Positions 1-13,400 of a stretch of DNA of 64,000 nt are shown one piece after another. The notes under the pieces were generated by a model. That model made no database searches. It saw nothing but the letters and a program-made list of their open reading frames with translations, and had not been told where the DNA came from. Position numbers and translations under genes: made by a program. This DNA comes from Mytilus trossulus (lineage: Eukaryota): contig NC_086381.1 of the NCBI RefSeq assembly GCF_036588685.1, forward strand, positions 50,902,001 to 50,966,000, given 5' to 3'. Each line of letters starts with the position of its first letter. Positions within the stretch are counted from its first letter, which is position 1.

Positions 1-424
1 AGGTCGATAAGTCACCTTTCAAAATTCTAAAATTTTTCACAATTGATTATGAGAGTGATTCCTCTACAAAGTTGTTTTGAAAAATAATTGTTGGGGCCGT
101 GATGGCCAAGTGGTCTATGTAGTACAACTACTGCATTACTAGCTAGTCAACCCTTGACTCCAATGTAACTGGTTTGGAACACTTTTTCAGGATTTCAAAT
201 TATGAATTTTTGCGTTAATGAGATCGTTTTCTGTTTTAATGATATTTTACTGCTATAATTGATAGCGCTACATGCATTGTAAAACTATGGCTGCTAAATA
301 ATTTAATCAATTTAAAATTTTTGTGCTGTGCTTACTGCTATAAAAACAAGATTTTTTTCAAATGTTTATTATTTATTCATGAGATTGTAGAAATATAAAA
401 ACCAATTTATTTTTGTTTTATCTT

Positions 425-524
425 GGTTGAGTTCAATATCGTAGCTGCTATCAATATCTATGTAACAACTAGTCTATAGCTACACGTTCAAAACTATGTA
501 GCTGCTACGATATTGAACGCAACC
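425..524. repeat. Short inverted-repeat element (~26-bp arms)
   Basis: ggttgagttcaatatcgtagctgcta pairs with tagctgctacgatattgaacgcaacc. Confidence 0.6.
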
Positions 525-2722
525 CATATCTAATAGTTAGAAAAAAAAGAATAAAACAAGTCACCTTCAATAATAAGCATTTGTAATGATACAGAGTGCT
601 GTCAACATAGAATATGTTTAATTCAATTATTTCATTTAAGTTTGCATCTTATAATTTATATGTTCCATGTTTCATTGTACTTGTAAATTAAACATTTATT
701 TATTAGAAACTTTTTTGAATCTCAGCGCATTATCTTACATAAGCCATGGTGTGAGTGAAAAATTTAAAACTTATTATTTAATTAAAAAGATGGTAATCAA
801 ATTTTTTTTAAATACTTCCAATTTTTATTTTGTTTTGATTTTTAGAATATTTTGGTGTTTTAACATAAAGAACTGTTCTAAACTTTATGTCAGGGGAGAA
901 AAGGTGGGGTCTAACCAAAAGCCATCAACAATATACCTTTAAAAACATTCCGACTGATTATTAAAGCTGATGTCAAAACATACAATAACCCATCAAATTT
1001 TAATTGTACCTCCACTTATATCATGTATATAGAATAGATCTAATTGAAAAACTAGAATATATTGAAGAATTAGAATGTTTTAAAAAGCTGTTCAACATTT
1101 TTATTCAAAATATTTTGGGCATTTTTTTTTGCAATAAAAAATTAAAGATTTAAATGATTTGAATAATTTTGTCAAAGAAAATCAAAAGATTAACTCTTTA
1201 ACTAAATAAAATAATTAAGATTACTGTTTCAATTATGAATTGAATAAGTGCTCTGTCAAAATGAATATTTAAGATTTGTTCCACTAATTATTGTATAGTG
1301 GGTTTTGTAAGGCTTCATGTACTGTCTTAATGATATGAGAAACAGAAATTTCTATTCATACAATGTTCTGCCTCAAGTAAACTTGTATAATGGCTTAAAT
1401 AGGCTAAATCTAAAAGTATATCTATATATAAGAGCAAGTTATAGCATACTGAAGACTTTGTTATAATCAGTTGATCATTTCTATTCATACTTTTAATTTA
1501 ATATTAAGAACTAATAAAAATAAAAGGTCTATTGTATTGTCATTTTTTACTTGCCATTATTTGAATTTCAATGAGGCATTATTATGGCTGCCTAGCCCTA
1601 ATGCTTTAAAGGAAGGGAAGCAAGCCATTGGAGTTCTATTTGTGCTTGTGTGAAGGTTCCACTAAGAAACACCAGTATGACAGACTTTTCTATAAAAGAG
1701 AATCTTCATTGAAACCATGATTAACTTGATTCATATTTTGTTAACTTATCTGATGTGTAGATGAAGATAAAAATTAAGAAATTATGTGCCCCCAAATCGC
1801 TTTTCCAGATTCAAATTCATCAGGGACACTCAAATTTATAAACAATTAAAAGTCAGAGAAGTATTAATACAATTCAGTGTTGGCAGCAGAAACAACAAAA
1901 AACATTTGCATACAGTTTAATATTTTAGAAGGTGGAAGACCTGATTACCTTATACCTGTAAAGCAGATACCTTATGTTACAAAGTTTCTGTCTGTCACAT
2001 GCTCATTGTCCTTGATCTCATTTTCAGTGACTGCAAGAAATAAAAATATAGATTTTATATACGACCGCAATGATTATTATTTTTTTGAATATTGGTATCA
2101 TGGTGTTGTCGTCATAAGGATATAGCAAAATTTTTTTTTTTGATATTGGTATCACGGTGTTGTCGTCATCAGTCTCATCCGAAGACAGATGGTCTCCGGG
2201 AAATAAATTTAGTGTAAGTAATTAGCAATCGATTTAACACAATGTTTATAACCACAAAAGGAAAGTTGGATATTGATTTTGGGGGTTATGGTCCCTAAGG
2301 TTTAGGAATCAGGGGACCAAAAAAAACATTTATCTAGTTTCAGGACAATAAATTGTGTATAAGTATTCCAATCGCTTTGAAATTGTACCACAATGTTAAA
2401 TACCATAAGCAGAAGGATGGAATTTGTTTTAAGGATTAATGGGCAAAAAGTCTAGGAATAAAGGGCCAAAAAGGGGCCAAAAACAAGTATTTTTGTAGTT
2501 TCAAGACAATAACTTGAGTAAAAGTGTATGAAATTTTCTGAAATTATACCACAAGATTCCATACTACTAAAGGGTGGTTAGGATTGACTTTGGGGGTTAT
2601 TGCTCAAACCATATATGAATTCGGGGCAGAAAAAGGCAGTTTAGACAATTTGAAAGCAATGTAAGGGAGGTAATCAAAAAGTAATGTTGGAACTACTTCA
2701 CACTGCTTTAAAAAATGTGTAT

Positions 2723-2880
2723 AGGAAATTTGCCAATAACTTCAGTATTTATAAACTCCATTGGAAATTTGCACATAACTTTAGTATAATTTACTCCATT
2801 GGAAATTTGCACATAACTTTAGTATAATTTACTCCATTGGAAATTTGCTAATAATTTAAGCATAATTGGAAATTTGCCAA
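2723..2880. repeat. 38-bp tandem repeat (~4 copies) within a larger degenerate repetitive element (~2130-3230)
   Basis: ttggaaatttgcacataactttagtataatttactcca repeats at 2761, 2799 and 2837. Confidence 0.85.
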
Positions 2881-4299
2881 AAAATTAAGTACAAGTAAAT
2901 ATAAATCTATGAAATTTAAACACAAGGTTTGAAACCACAAAAGGAAGGTTGGGATTGCTTTTGGGGCTATGGCTCCTTTGGATTAGGAATAAAGGGTATA
3001 AAAGGGGCCCAAATAGGCTTTTTTCTAGCCAGTCAAGGTCGTTAAAAACTTCCATTAGTTGTTGTTTTTCTAGTGTCCAGACAATAACTTGAGGAACAGT
3101 ATATAGAATTAACTGAAATTGAATCAAAATGATGGTTAGGATTGGGATGGTGGAGTTAAAACTCAATCTGTTTAGGAATTAGGGACAAAAAAGGGGGAAC
3201 ACAAGGGTTTTCCAGTTAATGGAAAATTTCTTAAGCATTGGCTTTTATGTTGGTACTATTTGCTATTTGTTTGCTAGTTCTAGTATGAAATATTTTAAAC
3301 TGTTCCTAGAAACATTGATCAGTGATGGAGAGTTGCCTCATTGTCACTCATACCACATTTTCTTTTATCTATATATCTTCTTCTGCCAGCTATTGGGAAC
3401 CGGATTCAAAAGTTGAATGTGATTGCTTCCGCACGGTATATTTGCAATCTGTGATTGGCCATATAGATATCTGTACTGTTTTTGATCTTTCTCGGTAGAA
3501 GTGTTTACAATAAAGTGAGATGTTTGGTCTGTATTGTTTATTTTCACAAACTTGCTGCTTTAATTAATGCCTTGTTCTTATTTTGGTTTGTTGGATCCCA
3601 TACTTTGCATGCATATATTCCACTGCAAGTCTTTCAATGGAGACATATTCAGCTGCCTTTACAGCTTGCTCGCTCCATCTTTTGATCACACCCTAAAAAG
3701 TAATGCATATGTGATTTTTTTTTAACAATTTTATTGTTTTGCTGCTTGAGAATAAATGTTGTGGCATTGCAACTTTTTTGCAGAAAGAAGATAGTAACAA
3801 CACTTACGAAGGTCAGTTATAGTGTTAGGAATATTGTCAACTTGTAATTCCTTAAAGGACATTGTAACATCTGTGTTTAGGCAGCATTTATTTTGATTCG
3901 TCTACATACGAACTCACGAATAGTCGGACAATAAGCATCCTTTCTGCATAATAAAGAACCTTGCATCAACAGGGAAAGAAGTCTGTAAATGCTAGTTGAA
4001 AGACACCATTTTTGTCCTGATCTTCATACTTTTTTCCAATGACAAAACAAGGAGTATTCAAAATCTTCACCCTGTTCAACCAACACAGAAGAATCTACCT
4101 GCTAGATTTATTTGGTGGTTTCGTGGTAGATTGATCTAAGTATAGGAGGTTTTGATTTAGATCCTATGAAAAATCAAAACGAATACTTGAAAATTTGTAC
4201 TCACTGATGCTTTGTTAGGTATGCATCATTCAGGAGTAAGACCATAGAAAAGTCGACACAGAGAGTCAGAAGTATACGCAAAAACACTATGTTTATCGT

Positions 4300-4660
4300 T
4301 AAATGATTACATTAGATGTATGTTTCATTATAGTACGTTATTCCGATTGGCTAACATCACGTGTTATTCCTTTAGCTATTGCATTATACAATAAAATTTA
4401 TCATTCACGATAACACGAGGTCCGACAATAAAGTGCACATGTGAATTAAATACACAAAAAAAAAATGATAAAAATCTTGATTTTATGATCCTAGCTGAAA
4501 AAACGTAATTATAAGTATTGAATGCTTCTTTTTGTAACTTCATAAGGGTGTATAAGTGATGATCGTGTGCACATTTTTAGAATGAAGCGCTTCATACAAA
4601 ATGTACTTCGGTGAACGCTTTTACACTCCAATGAAGTTACAAAAATAAGCATTCAGTTCT
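4300..4660. mobile_element. ~360-bp interspersed element, present in duplication unit 1 only
   Basis: Absent at the equivalent site of unit 2 (atcgttaaataatgtat, ~14901-14917). An inverted copy lies at ~46710-47080 in the last intron of copy 3. Confidence 0.75.
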
Positions 4661-6999
4661 AAAATAATGTATGTAAACCTCCAGATGTATTTTGGTCTGC
4701 TTGTCTTGTTAGGTCTTGCTGATGTTTTCCCCAACTTTACATGCATATACTGAACATGTACTGTAGCTACATGTAGTATCAATATTTATTCATTATTTCT
4801 TTACTTCATTTTTCAGCTTTACTACTACTTATAACATTACAAACGCAACACAAATAGTGGAATGAACCTTAACAGAAACAAAAGATCTGCAAAATGTTTA
4901 AAAGAATATATTATCTTTCAACTTATTGCTTTGAATATTGCTACCTTTGTATCAACAATCTTCCTCCATCAATAAAACTGACTGTCACGAAATATAACAA
5001 TGGTGCTCAAGTTGAAAGTGGCTTTAAACATTAATCAGTCAATCAAATAAAAAAAAAAAAAACCCAGTTCGGCACTTTGGACTGATAACTTTCCGACGTG
5101 AATCCGTAGAACCTTAGTATTCATAAAAAAATCAGTTTAACAATTGTAAGAATTATGATATATATGTCTAAAATAAATGATTTTTTTGTATCAAATTTTA
5201 ATTCTTGATGGGCGGAAAACGTTCCTACATGCTTAGCCTTTTTTCAAAAATAGATACTTCTAATGTAATAAATATAAAAGTTATATCACCTATTTTGACC
5301 TTGTATTTCTTTACTTATTCAGAAACACGGGTCCCTGCCGAAAAAGAAGAACAAAATTTCTAGAAATCCAAATCCTGGTTGTATCTTAAATGTGCATTTC
5401 CAAAATGTATTAACAACTTATTTATAGTATTCAAAAAATGGCTGATTTAAATATGCTAGTATATTTTTTTAAAAGGAAATCAAACATTTGTGTCAAATAC
5501 TAAAAAGGAACAAAAGCAAACATATTTTAACATAGCAAGGGGACATTCAAAACTACAGGTAGATGACAACATCATGGTGGGCAGAAAAAAGACATAAAGA
5601 CAAATGAACAGTTAATAAAACTAACCAAAATACTGCAATAATATTGACTACCTTGAGCGGCTTAATAAGCCTATGTACCCTGTGAACAAAATCTCAAGGC
5701 AGAATTGTTGTATGAGTTCTGCTGCCATGTATGGTTGTAAAATAGCAAAACACATTCGGCGTTTTGCATTTGCGCCGATTTTTTCTACATTTGAGCCGAT
5801 ATTTTTCTATTCTATTCGAAAAGCATCCATAATTGCGTTATACATTGCTTGTGTCTATATCCGGGAGAGATCACAAATTATTTACATATCACTTCATTAT
5901 ACTGTTCATCTTTCGCTGGTAATAAAATGGCGTAAATATGAGGTACGTAGTTTCCATTTTTACATCCGTGTAAAGTATATATAACGGATAAAAGTATGTC
6001 GGACAACACTTCAACGGTCCATCTATAAATATTGCAGACATATCATTGCAAAGACATTTAAGTTGAGGTGTGTAGAAAAAATGAGTTTACCTTTTCGCAA
6101 TCGTTTGCACTGACCTTCCAATGTGTATGGCCAGTATTTAGCTCACCCATATTAAACTGTAAATGCAATTAGGAGCAAATATAAAATCGGCGCAAATGAA
6201 ATAATGAAATCCGCGCAAATTTAGAATTTTTTTTTTATAAATTTTGCGCAAATATCATACGCCCAACACAATGTGTCTACAATTTTATTTAGGTCAGCAA
6301 ATTTTGATGCAAGAATCAAACTTACTAAAGGAAACTTCCAATTAAAAGTGAACAGATCTATGTGATATTTTATTATTGTCACTCATCTTTTTACCAAAGC
6401 AGAAAATGTTTTTTCGATTCAAATTGTTTTGAACTTTAAAGAACTCGGACAAGTAAAATTCATAAAGGAATCTTCAGAATATTGATTTATTTTATGCTAT
6501 AGCAGGAAAAAAACATACAGTGACTTCTCATTTTTCTTTTGATATTCCGGAAGCATTTTATAAGTGCTATCATCACATATTTTATTTCAAAATTCAATCA
6601 TCTGTTTTACCTTCTATTAACATTATCTTGTCTTTTCTCTGATTAATCCGTGTAAAGTGTGTTATTTTGTCACAAATTTAGCTGGAAAACTAGCGTTGTG
6701 GCCTATCATCTTTATTACATTTTCAAATCTTTAAAAATATATATTTCATTTTGACAAATTTGTGAAAAAAGTCTATCATTTTGTGTACTGGTTATTAGGA
6801 CATCCCAGTATAACAAAATTGCTTTTCGGGCTTGACAGGATATATGGGCTCATATTCCCTGTGACGATTCCTAATTAACATATACTATTTTAATTTTCGA
6901 AAAATATTGATTGAACATGAGTTTTCTGAAACCGTTGTTAATAATCACATGATAAATTCAAAACATATCGTGAGGAAAATTACATTTCTTAAAATTGAA

Positions 7000-7222
7000 A
7001 AAAATCCCCTTTTGCTTTTTTCATCAATTTTTTTTTTCAACTAAAGAAAAGCACTTTGTATTTTCTGACTATAATTTGCTTTATCCAAGTGGCCATCATA
7101 GTCAATGCGTCTTCCTGGTCAGAAGATCTACTCATCCAGGAAGTTTCAAGACTATAAATGACTGGACCACCATTATAGACTAACACTATTAGTGGATTGT
7201 AATTTGAGGAGTAATTAAACAA
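7000..7222 (+). promoter_or_regulatory. Promoter and non-coding exon 1 of precursor copy 1 (kB-like site, Ets-like site, TATA)
   Basis: AAAAATCCCC at 7000-7009 (GGGGATTTTT on -), CAGGAAGT at 7137-7144, TATAAA at 7153-7158 and donor AA|gtaagt at 7222/7223. The same order of motifs occurs at copies 2 and 3. Confidence 0.65.
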
Positions 7223-8191
7223 GTAAGTATTTGTTTTTGTTTTTCTTTCTGTGATTTAAATCTACCAACCAGTAATATAATAAAATATAAAAGTTCTTGA
7301 TAAATGTTGTTGCCTTGCTAAATACACTGACGCTAAAATCCATAGTTTGTTAAAGAAACGTTTTCGTAAAAGAGATTGCATCAACTTTTAATTCAATATT
7401 CTATTTAAGTCTCGTCTCTCAATAACAAATAATGCAAAATATCATTGATAAAATTCAGAATGAAAACAAAGATATATAAAGACTTCAACCGACTCAATAA
7501 AAAAATGATTCACATTTAATTAATTGGGATTATCTAGGAATTTGTATACTTTTTCAATACTGATATGCAATACAACGGATAACTTATGGATACAAAATTT
7601 CATTAGAACACAAAAATATCGCACAAAAACATACAATTCGCTTTAATAAATGGAAAATGATATCAAAACATTAGGAAACATGATTATAAGCGTCAAATAC
7701 ATAAAGGAAAAAGATAAATCACAAAAAAATGAACTCCGGGGAAAATTCTAAATGGAAAGTACTTAATCAAATGGCAAAATCAAAAGATAAAACACATCAA
7801 ACGAATGAATAACAACTGTCATATTCCTGACTTGGTACTGGCATTGTCTTATGTTGAAAATAGTGGATTATTTTCTTATGTTGAAAATGGTGGATTGAAC
7901 TTGGTTTTATACACATCTTGTTTTTAAAAATGAAAAAAAAACGACCAGATTAAAGAGGGTGGAAAAAATGAATTCTTTATTTGCAAGAAGCATATACATG
8001 CTATGGCAAAAGAACAATATATACAATACATGACAAATAAACGACAGCCGAGAACAGTAGTTACAGAGTATATGATTATTATATTGTATTAAGTCAATAT
8101 ATTACGTGATCTTATTTTCCAAACTGCAATTAAATAATTGCTTAGTTTGTTACTGTAGATTTTTTTAAAAATTACATTTATACACCTATAG

Positions 8192-10402
8192 ATGATGTTG
8201 AACCTGATCCGTACCATTGCCGTTTGTTTGATGATGCTTCACGTTAGCGAAGGATGTTTTAGACATGACATTAATGATCGACAATCAGTCCGTGGCACAC
8301 TGGAACCTCTCGGTGGAAGCAATTATAAAGTTGGTTTGGGATGGAATATGGATTTCAAACGACATGCACAGGTAAGATTAAGGGAAGATATTTACCCCCG
8401 CCCCCTGAACAATAAACAGCAAGCCTTGCTGTAAATCGCCAAGAGTCTGTATAAATTACGAATAGACTTATTTAAAAGAGCTTACGAACAATCTGTCAAT
8501 TTGACAACTACTAGATCTTAACTCGGAATACCCCAACAATTAACATTACTTTGTTATCGTACCGGTCGCAATTTTGGCGTTTGCTTTATTTTCGCATGTT
8601 TAATTTTGACATTTTCATTTGGGGCACCAATTGCAAATGAACCAAACTAAAACTACAATAAAAAAAAACCAATTTACGGTAACTGCATGCAAGTTATATT
8701 TGCATGAACAGAATGTACTCACAGAACACACAACAAATACACAAACGAAACCAATCAGGCTTCATATAATTAAACGAAAAGCATACATAACTCCCTAATA
8801 TAACACCTTTCACCCTTAAACCGACATATTTATGTCAATATAAGACCTTCAACAGTTATCAAGCGTGCGTGATGATCTGGTATGAACACTTGTTAATTTA
8901 TTTAAGTTATAATGTATGGTCCTCAAATTTTTTAATTGTGATTCCTCTTTGAACACAGTCTCATGTTTATGACTTTGTTACCATTTTTATGTTGTTAAAA
9001 AGAGTGTGAAAGAGTATACCTTTTAATCTTTTCCGGTAATATTTCTGAAGTTATATGTTATTATGTATTTTTGAATTCGCCTTTAAAACATTGTCCCTAT
9101 TGGATAATGGATTGGGATACCAGCCGATGAAATATAATTAAAAAATAAAATTTTGAAAAATCTAGAAGTAAGAAAAAAACTGTTAACACAAAATGGCTTT
9201 GAAATTATATAGTAGTACGCAAATCATTCCTCTCTATTTATTTTAATTTCTTTACGTGCTTTTTAGAAAAAAAACAAATTAACTATCAAAATATGTAAAA
9301 TATTACAAATCTTTCAATTAATTTAGGACCACCAGATGTTCCATGTAGATATAGATTATAAAGGTATTTCTGGACGCGACAGTCCACTTGACCCATGTGT
9401 ATTCAATCCGTATGACTTGGATGTCAAAGGTTATATTACGAAAGGGGATTTGGATAAGATATTCGTTTATTTCGGTGATGAAGTCAACACACCTGAAATT
9501 CTTCACACATTTTTTGCAGAACTGGACATAGATGAAGGTTTGTTATAGGGTTGTCTTTCGGTTTTAATTATCTACGAACTTCAAACAGAGGTAAAATTGT
9601 CCTACTCTTCGCTATGTTGAGTAATCCAGGATTAGCATAGCAAAATCACCGCTGCTTCGGAGTTTTAATCATTTCAAGGGGTTCATACAAACGTGACTGT
9701 GTATTTAAACATTAAGCACAGACAAAAAGCCGATACCTTAATTAGGTTTTGATTGAAGAAGTTCAAGTATCAATATTTCTGAATTCCTGTCAACCCTGGA
9801 TGTTTTTTACTTTTTGACAGATAATCGGAATCCTCTAGTTAAATCCATATGAATAAATGTCAATATAAATTTCGCCCGCTAACCTACCGTTTTCTTTTTA
9901 ATTATATTATACATAAAGTTTAAAAAGCAATTTTACAAATCTTACAAAATCCTTGTTATTTTCCCTAAATTTCGAGAGAAAAATGTGCCAGTGTTATGTA
10001 AATGAAAATTCTAGAGAGAATCATTTCCCGCCAAATTTTCAATTGATTTTATCTTAAAACCAAGGACACTTTCATGTTTTTTTGCTGTCAATTTGATGTT
10101 GTCTTTAAAAGTCAAAGCTTGTTATTTTGAAACAGTGGAGCGAACAGTATTTAGGCGTAAGGCGTTTTTGTCAGTATTGGTCATAAAGTTTTATTGGAAA
10201 AGAACGTAAAAAATCACTATTTTTATCTTAAACAATTTTCTCTTGAACTGATGATATTTTTTTGTACATACTTGTAGACAAAATGGTGACAAAAGAGGAA
10301 TTCGACCTTAAAAAGAAAGATGTCATAACCGAAGAAAGCTGCAGTATAATAAAGGACAAAGATGCAATGGCTGCTGAACAGAACATGACATTGTTGAAAT
10401 GA
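8192..10402 (+). CDS. Secreted peptide precursor, copy 1 (signal peptide - ~34-aa peptide - KR - two EF-hand pro-domain), 171 aa, 3 coding exons
   Basis: Exons 8192-8371 (tatag|ATG ... CAG|gtaaga, phase 0), 9327-9537 (tttag|GAC ... GAAG|gtttgt, phase 1) and 10278-10402 (tgtag|AC ... TGA) join in frame: MMLNLIRTIAVCLMMLHVSEG-CFRHDINDRQSVRGTLEPLGGSNYKVGLGWNMDF-KR-HAQDHQMFHVDIDY...PCVFNPYDLDVKGYITKGDL...LDIDEDKMVTKEEF...ESCSII...LLK*. Hydrophobic N-terminus, dibasic site and two EF-loop motifs; supported by two paralogs in the window. Confidence 0.88.
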
Positions 10403-13400
10403 TTTTGACGTTTTATATTTTCCCCTCAAGCCCAGACCTTATAGCTAATGCAAACTGCTCTCACAAACAACGCACTGAATTCCAAATGTTCAAATTGTGA
10501 TACATACGCTTCGATTAAAGTTGCATTGCCTTGCATTTCTCTGTATAATTATTTAATTTTGTATAGTCTTGTCTTGGCAATTTATATTTGCATCAAACTT
10601 ATATATTGTATTGTCTTTTTTCACTATATTCTACTTGACAGATCATGCCTCAAACAAGTATAAGTATTTCTTACATATTTTTTTTACAGACGAATTCAAA
10701 TATTAAACTTTCATCTGAATTACTATTGTTTTTTTTTTGATAAATCTGCAAAACATTTTTTTGGGTGCAAATTAGATTGTTGACCTGTACTTACAACAAA
10801 CGAAAAATGTACGTAAATGTATTTTTGGAATGGGTAATTTTGAGGTGAAATATGAGGTTTTTAGAGAAAAATTACTCAAAGATGTGGGTTAACCTGTCAT
10901 TATGCATCATTCAAAATATCAAAATTGAACTAATACTGGTAGCTTCTTGTGCAGTTTAAAGGTTAAAAAATTGAATGTATGTCGACTTCAAGATGTCACC
11001 TTTAGGGTTGCTGTTGGTTTAATATTTCACGACTTAGTTCACTTGATAAAAATACTCTACCATAGAAAGAATTACTTCAATGTACAAAAATCTTCTCCTA
11101 CTGTCTTGGAACTTACCAGTGATATAGCGATCTACCCATTCTAAAGAATATGAAAAAATATTTCAATGAAACACATAATGGATAAAGTCATGCCAGGTTT
11201 GGGATTTTTTGTTAGATGTGCGGACTCCTTTGTTTTTTTTTTAACCTACGATATGAATTGAGACCACAATAATGTCAATACTAAGTATAATGTTAATGTC
11301 CGAGTCGGCCTTTCACCTACATTTAAAGAAAAGAAAATATATCAAAAAGGAGTTCCATAACCTACCAATATTTCACCTTATTTAGCTCCCAACATGTTGC
11401 TCTTCTGACTTATAGCATCAATTAAGGAATTCTAGATTTTTTTTAAAATTTCGCTCTACTCATTGAATTTCTAAATTAAGTGTTGTATTACATCTTTGTG
11501 TAACATCTTTTGGGCGAACAATTACAATTGGCCAGTAACGTTAGGAACCACATAGCGTAGTTGTTGGTTGTCGTTGTCGTAAACTTTTTTTATTCCAAAG
11601 CTACAAAAATGAGCAAACAGAAACTGATTGCGATATAGGAAAAAAATGAATATAAACCAGCATTCTTAACAGCTGAGCGATTCAGGCCCGTATGATACTA
11701 TTGTTTCCTTTTATCTGTCTAACTCACATTATCCTAGAGTAACTTCTGCCTGTCTTTCTCTATGATACCAATCATATTTGCTGGACCTTCGCATGAAACA
11801 TATATATATGCGTTATTTGAAAAAAAAATTCCAGACTAAAAGAGAGATAAAAGATACCAAAAGGGACATCCAAACTTGTAAGTCGAAAATTAACAAATAA
11901 AGCCATGGCAAAAAAAAAAAAAGGAGGGAAAGAGACCAAAAGACAAACAGTATAGAAAACTGATCAAAAAAACCTAAAGACTAGGCAACCGCATAAACCA
12001 GCATTATCCGGGGGGATCTCGGTCGCTACGGAAGGGTAAGCAGATCTTGCTCCACACTTATTATGAGTAATATGATATCTATGTTTGGTATTAGTGTTCC
12101 TTGTCTATGTCATTGTCAGTTTATTTTCTAATCTATGAGTTTGACTGTCCCTCTGGTATCTTTCGACCCTCTGTTTGAAGGTCTACATATCTGACAAACA
12201 AAGTACACCTGACCTCGACCTCATTTAATGAAACAGTGATCGAGGTTACTGAGTTTACATTGTTAAGTTTGTATCTACCATACAATAAACCACACGTCAA
12301 CTATATTTGGTGTATGGAATGGTTGTCATGTGTACATGTCCAACTTGTAGGTTTGCTGACCTTAATAATAACCTCATTTTCACGGTTCATTGGTCAATTT
12401 TTAGTTTGTGTGGCTTGGTTTACTTCTCAGATACTGTGAGCAATAAGTCCACTGTGTTTTGTTTAAGGAATAATGATTGTAAGATGTACATGTCTGTCTT
12501 GCAATTTTCATATGAACTTGACCTCATTTTAATGTTTCATTAGTCAATGTTAAGTTTTCATCGTTTTGCCAGTTTATCAGATACTATAAGCAACAGGTAC
12601 GTATCTGTATAAATATCTGAATTTGTTTAATTCGCGTAGTAATCTTTATGATATATAAAAAAAAATGGCCGGTGAATTATCATTGATAAACTCAACAAAC
12701 ATTTTTTAACACGCAAACAACGAATAATTTGTACAAAATGTAAATTTCTCAAAATTCTTTTCAGATTTTTTCCTCGAGATGAAGTGCCATGTGTCCTCAT
12801 ATAATATACCAAATTGTAAAACAAACTGATGCATTCATTACTTCACAATTACAGAGATTTAAGCCATTTCATACAAAGCCATCATGTGCATCAATAAACA
12901 ATTCTTATCACATCAGAGGCATATACACTCATCTTCTTCTTTTTTTTTCTAGCTAGGGAATCGAAATCGAAAAATGAATGTGATTGGTTCCGAGTGAAAA
13001 CTTTACGCAGTGTTGGGTAACACAAAAAATTATCTCAGGCAACGCTCGCAATATTTTACAATTAAGATTATGTACAACTTTGTTTCTCTCAGTTTTTTCT
13101 CTCAAAGAACGCCTTTAAGGCAGCCCTTAATCAATCAACTGTGTTGGTCGATGATACTGATGTTGGTAGATTATTCCAATCCCTGATGGTCCTTGGAAAG
13201 AATTATTGGCAATATGCATCTGTACTGGTTCTGTCATCGCAGAAGGAACAAAGCACATACCGCATAGTCAGCTATAATAGGCCCCGAAATGAAAATGTAA
13301 AACAAATCAAACGAGAAAACTAACGGCTTAATTTATTTACAAAAAATTAACGAAAAAACAAATATGTAAAACATAAACAAACGACAACCACTGAATTACA

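Larger units (their letters stand above)
3570..10945 (+). repeat. Segmental tandem duplication, unit 1 (contains precursor copy 1)
   Basis: Collinear near-identity with ~13780-21725, e.g. gctcgctccatcttttgatcac at ~3668 and ~14157, and tatcaaaattgaactaa at ~10917 and ~21696. Boundaries approximate. Confidence 0.85.

Noticed and set aside
667-6000. Short hydrophobic ORFs here and in other intergenic stretches
   Set aside because: Low-complexity AT-rich chance ORFs, many starting at TTG/GTG, with no motifs; frames are not preserved between the duplicated units.
8192-8434. Reading the 80-aa and 70-aa track ORFs (and 31352-31771, 42142-42495, 59863-60120, 62104-62442) as standalone genes
   Set aside because: They are exons running into introns; splice sites and paralog alignment define multi-exon genes.
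8192-10402. Naming these genes mytimycin or calmodulin-like
   Set aside because: The mature region lacks mytimycin's multi-Cys array, and the signal peptide, KR site and only two atypical EF loops exclude calmodulin.
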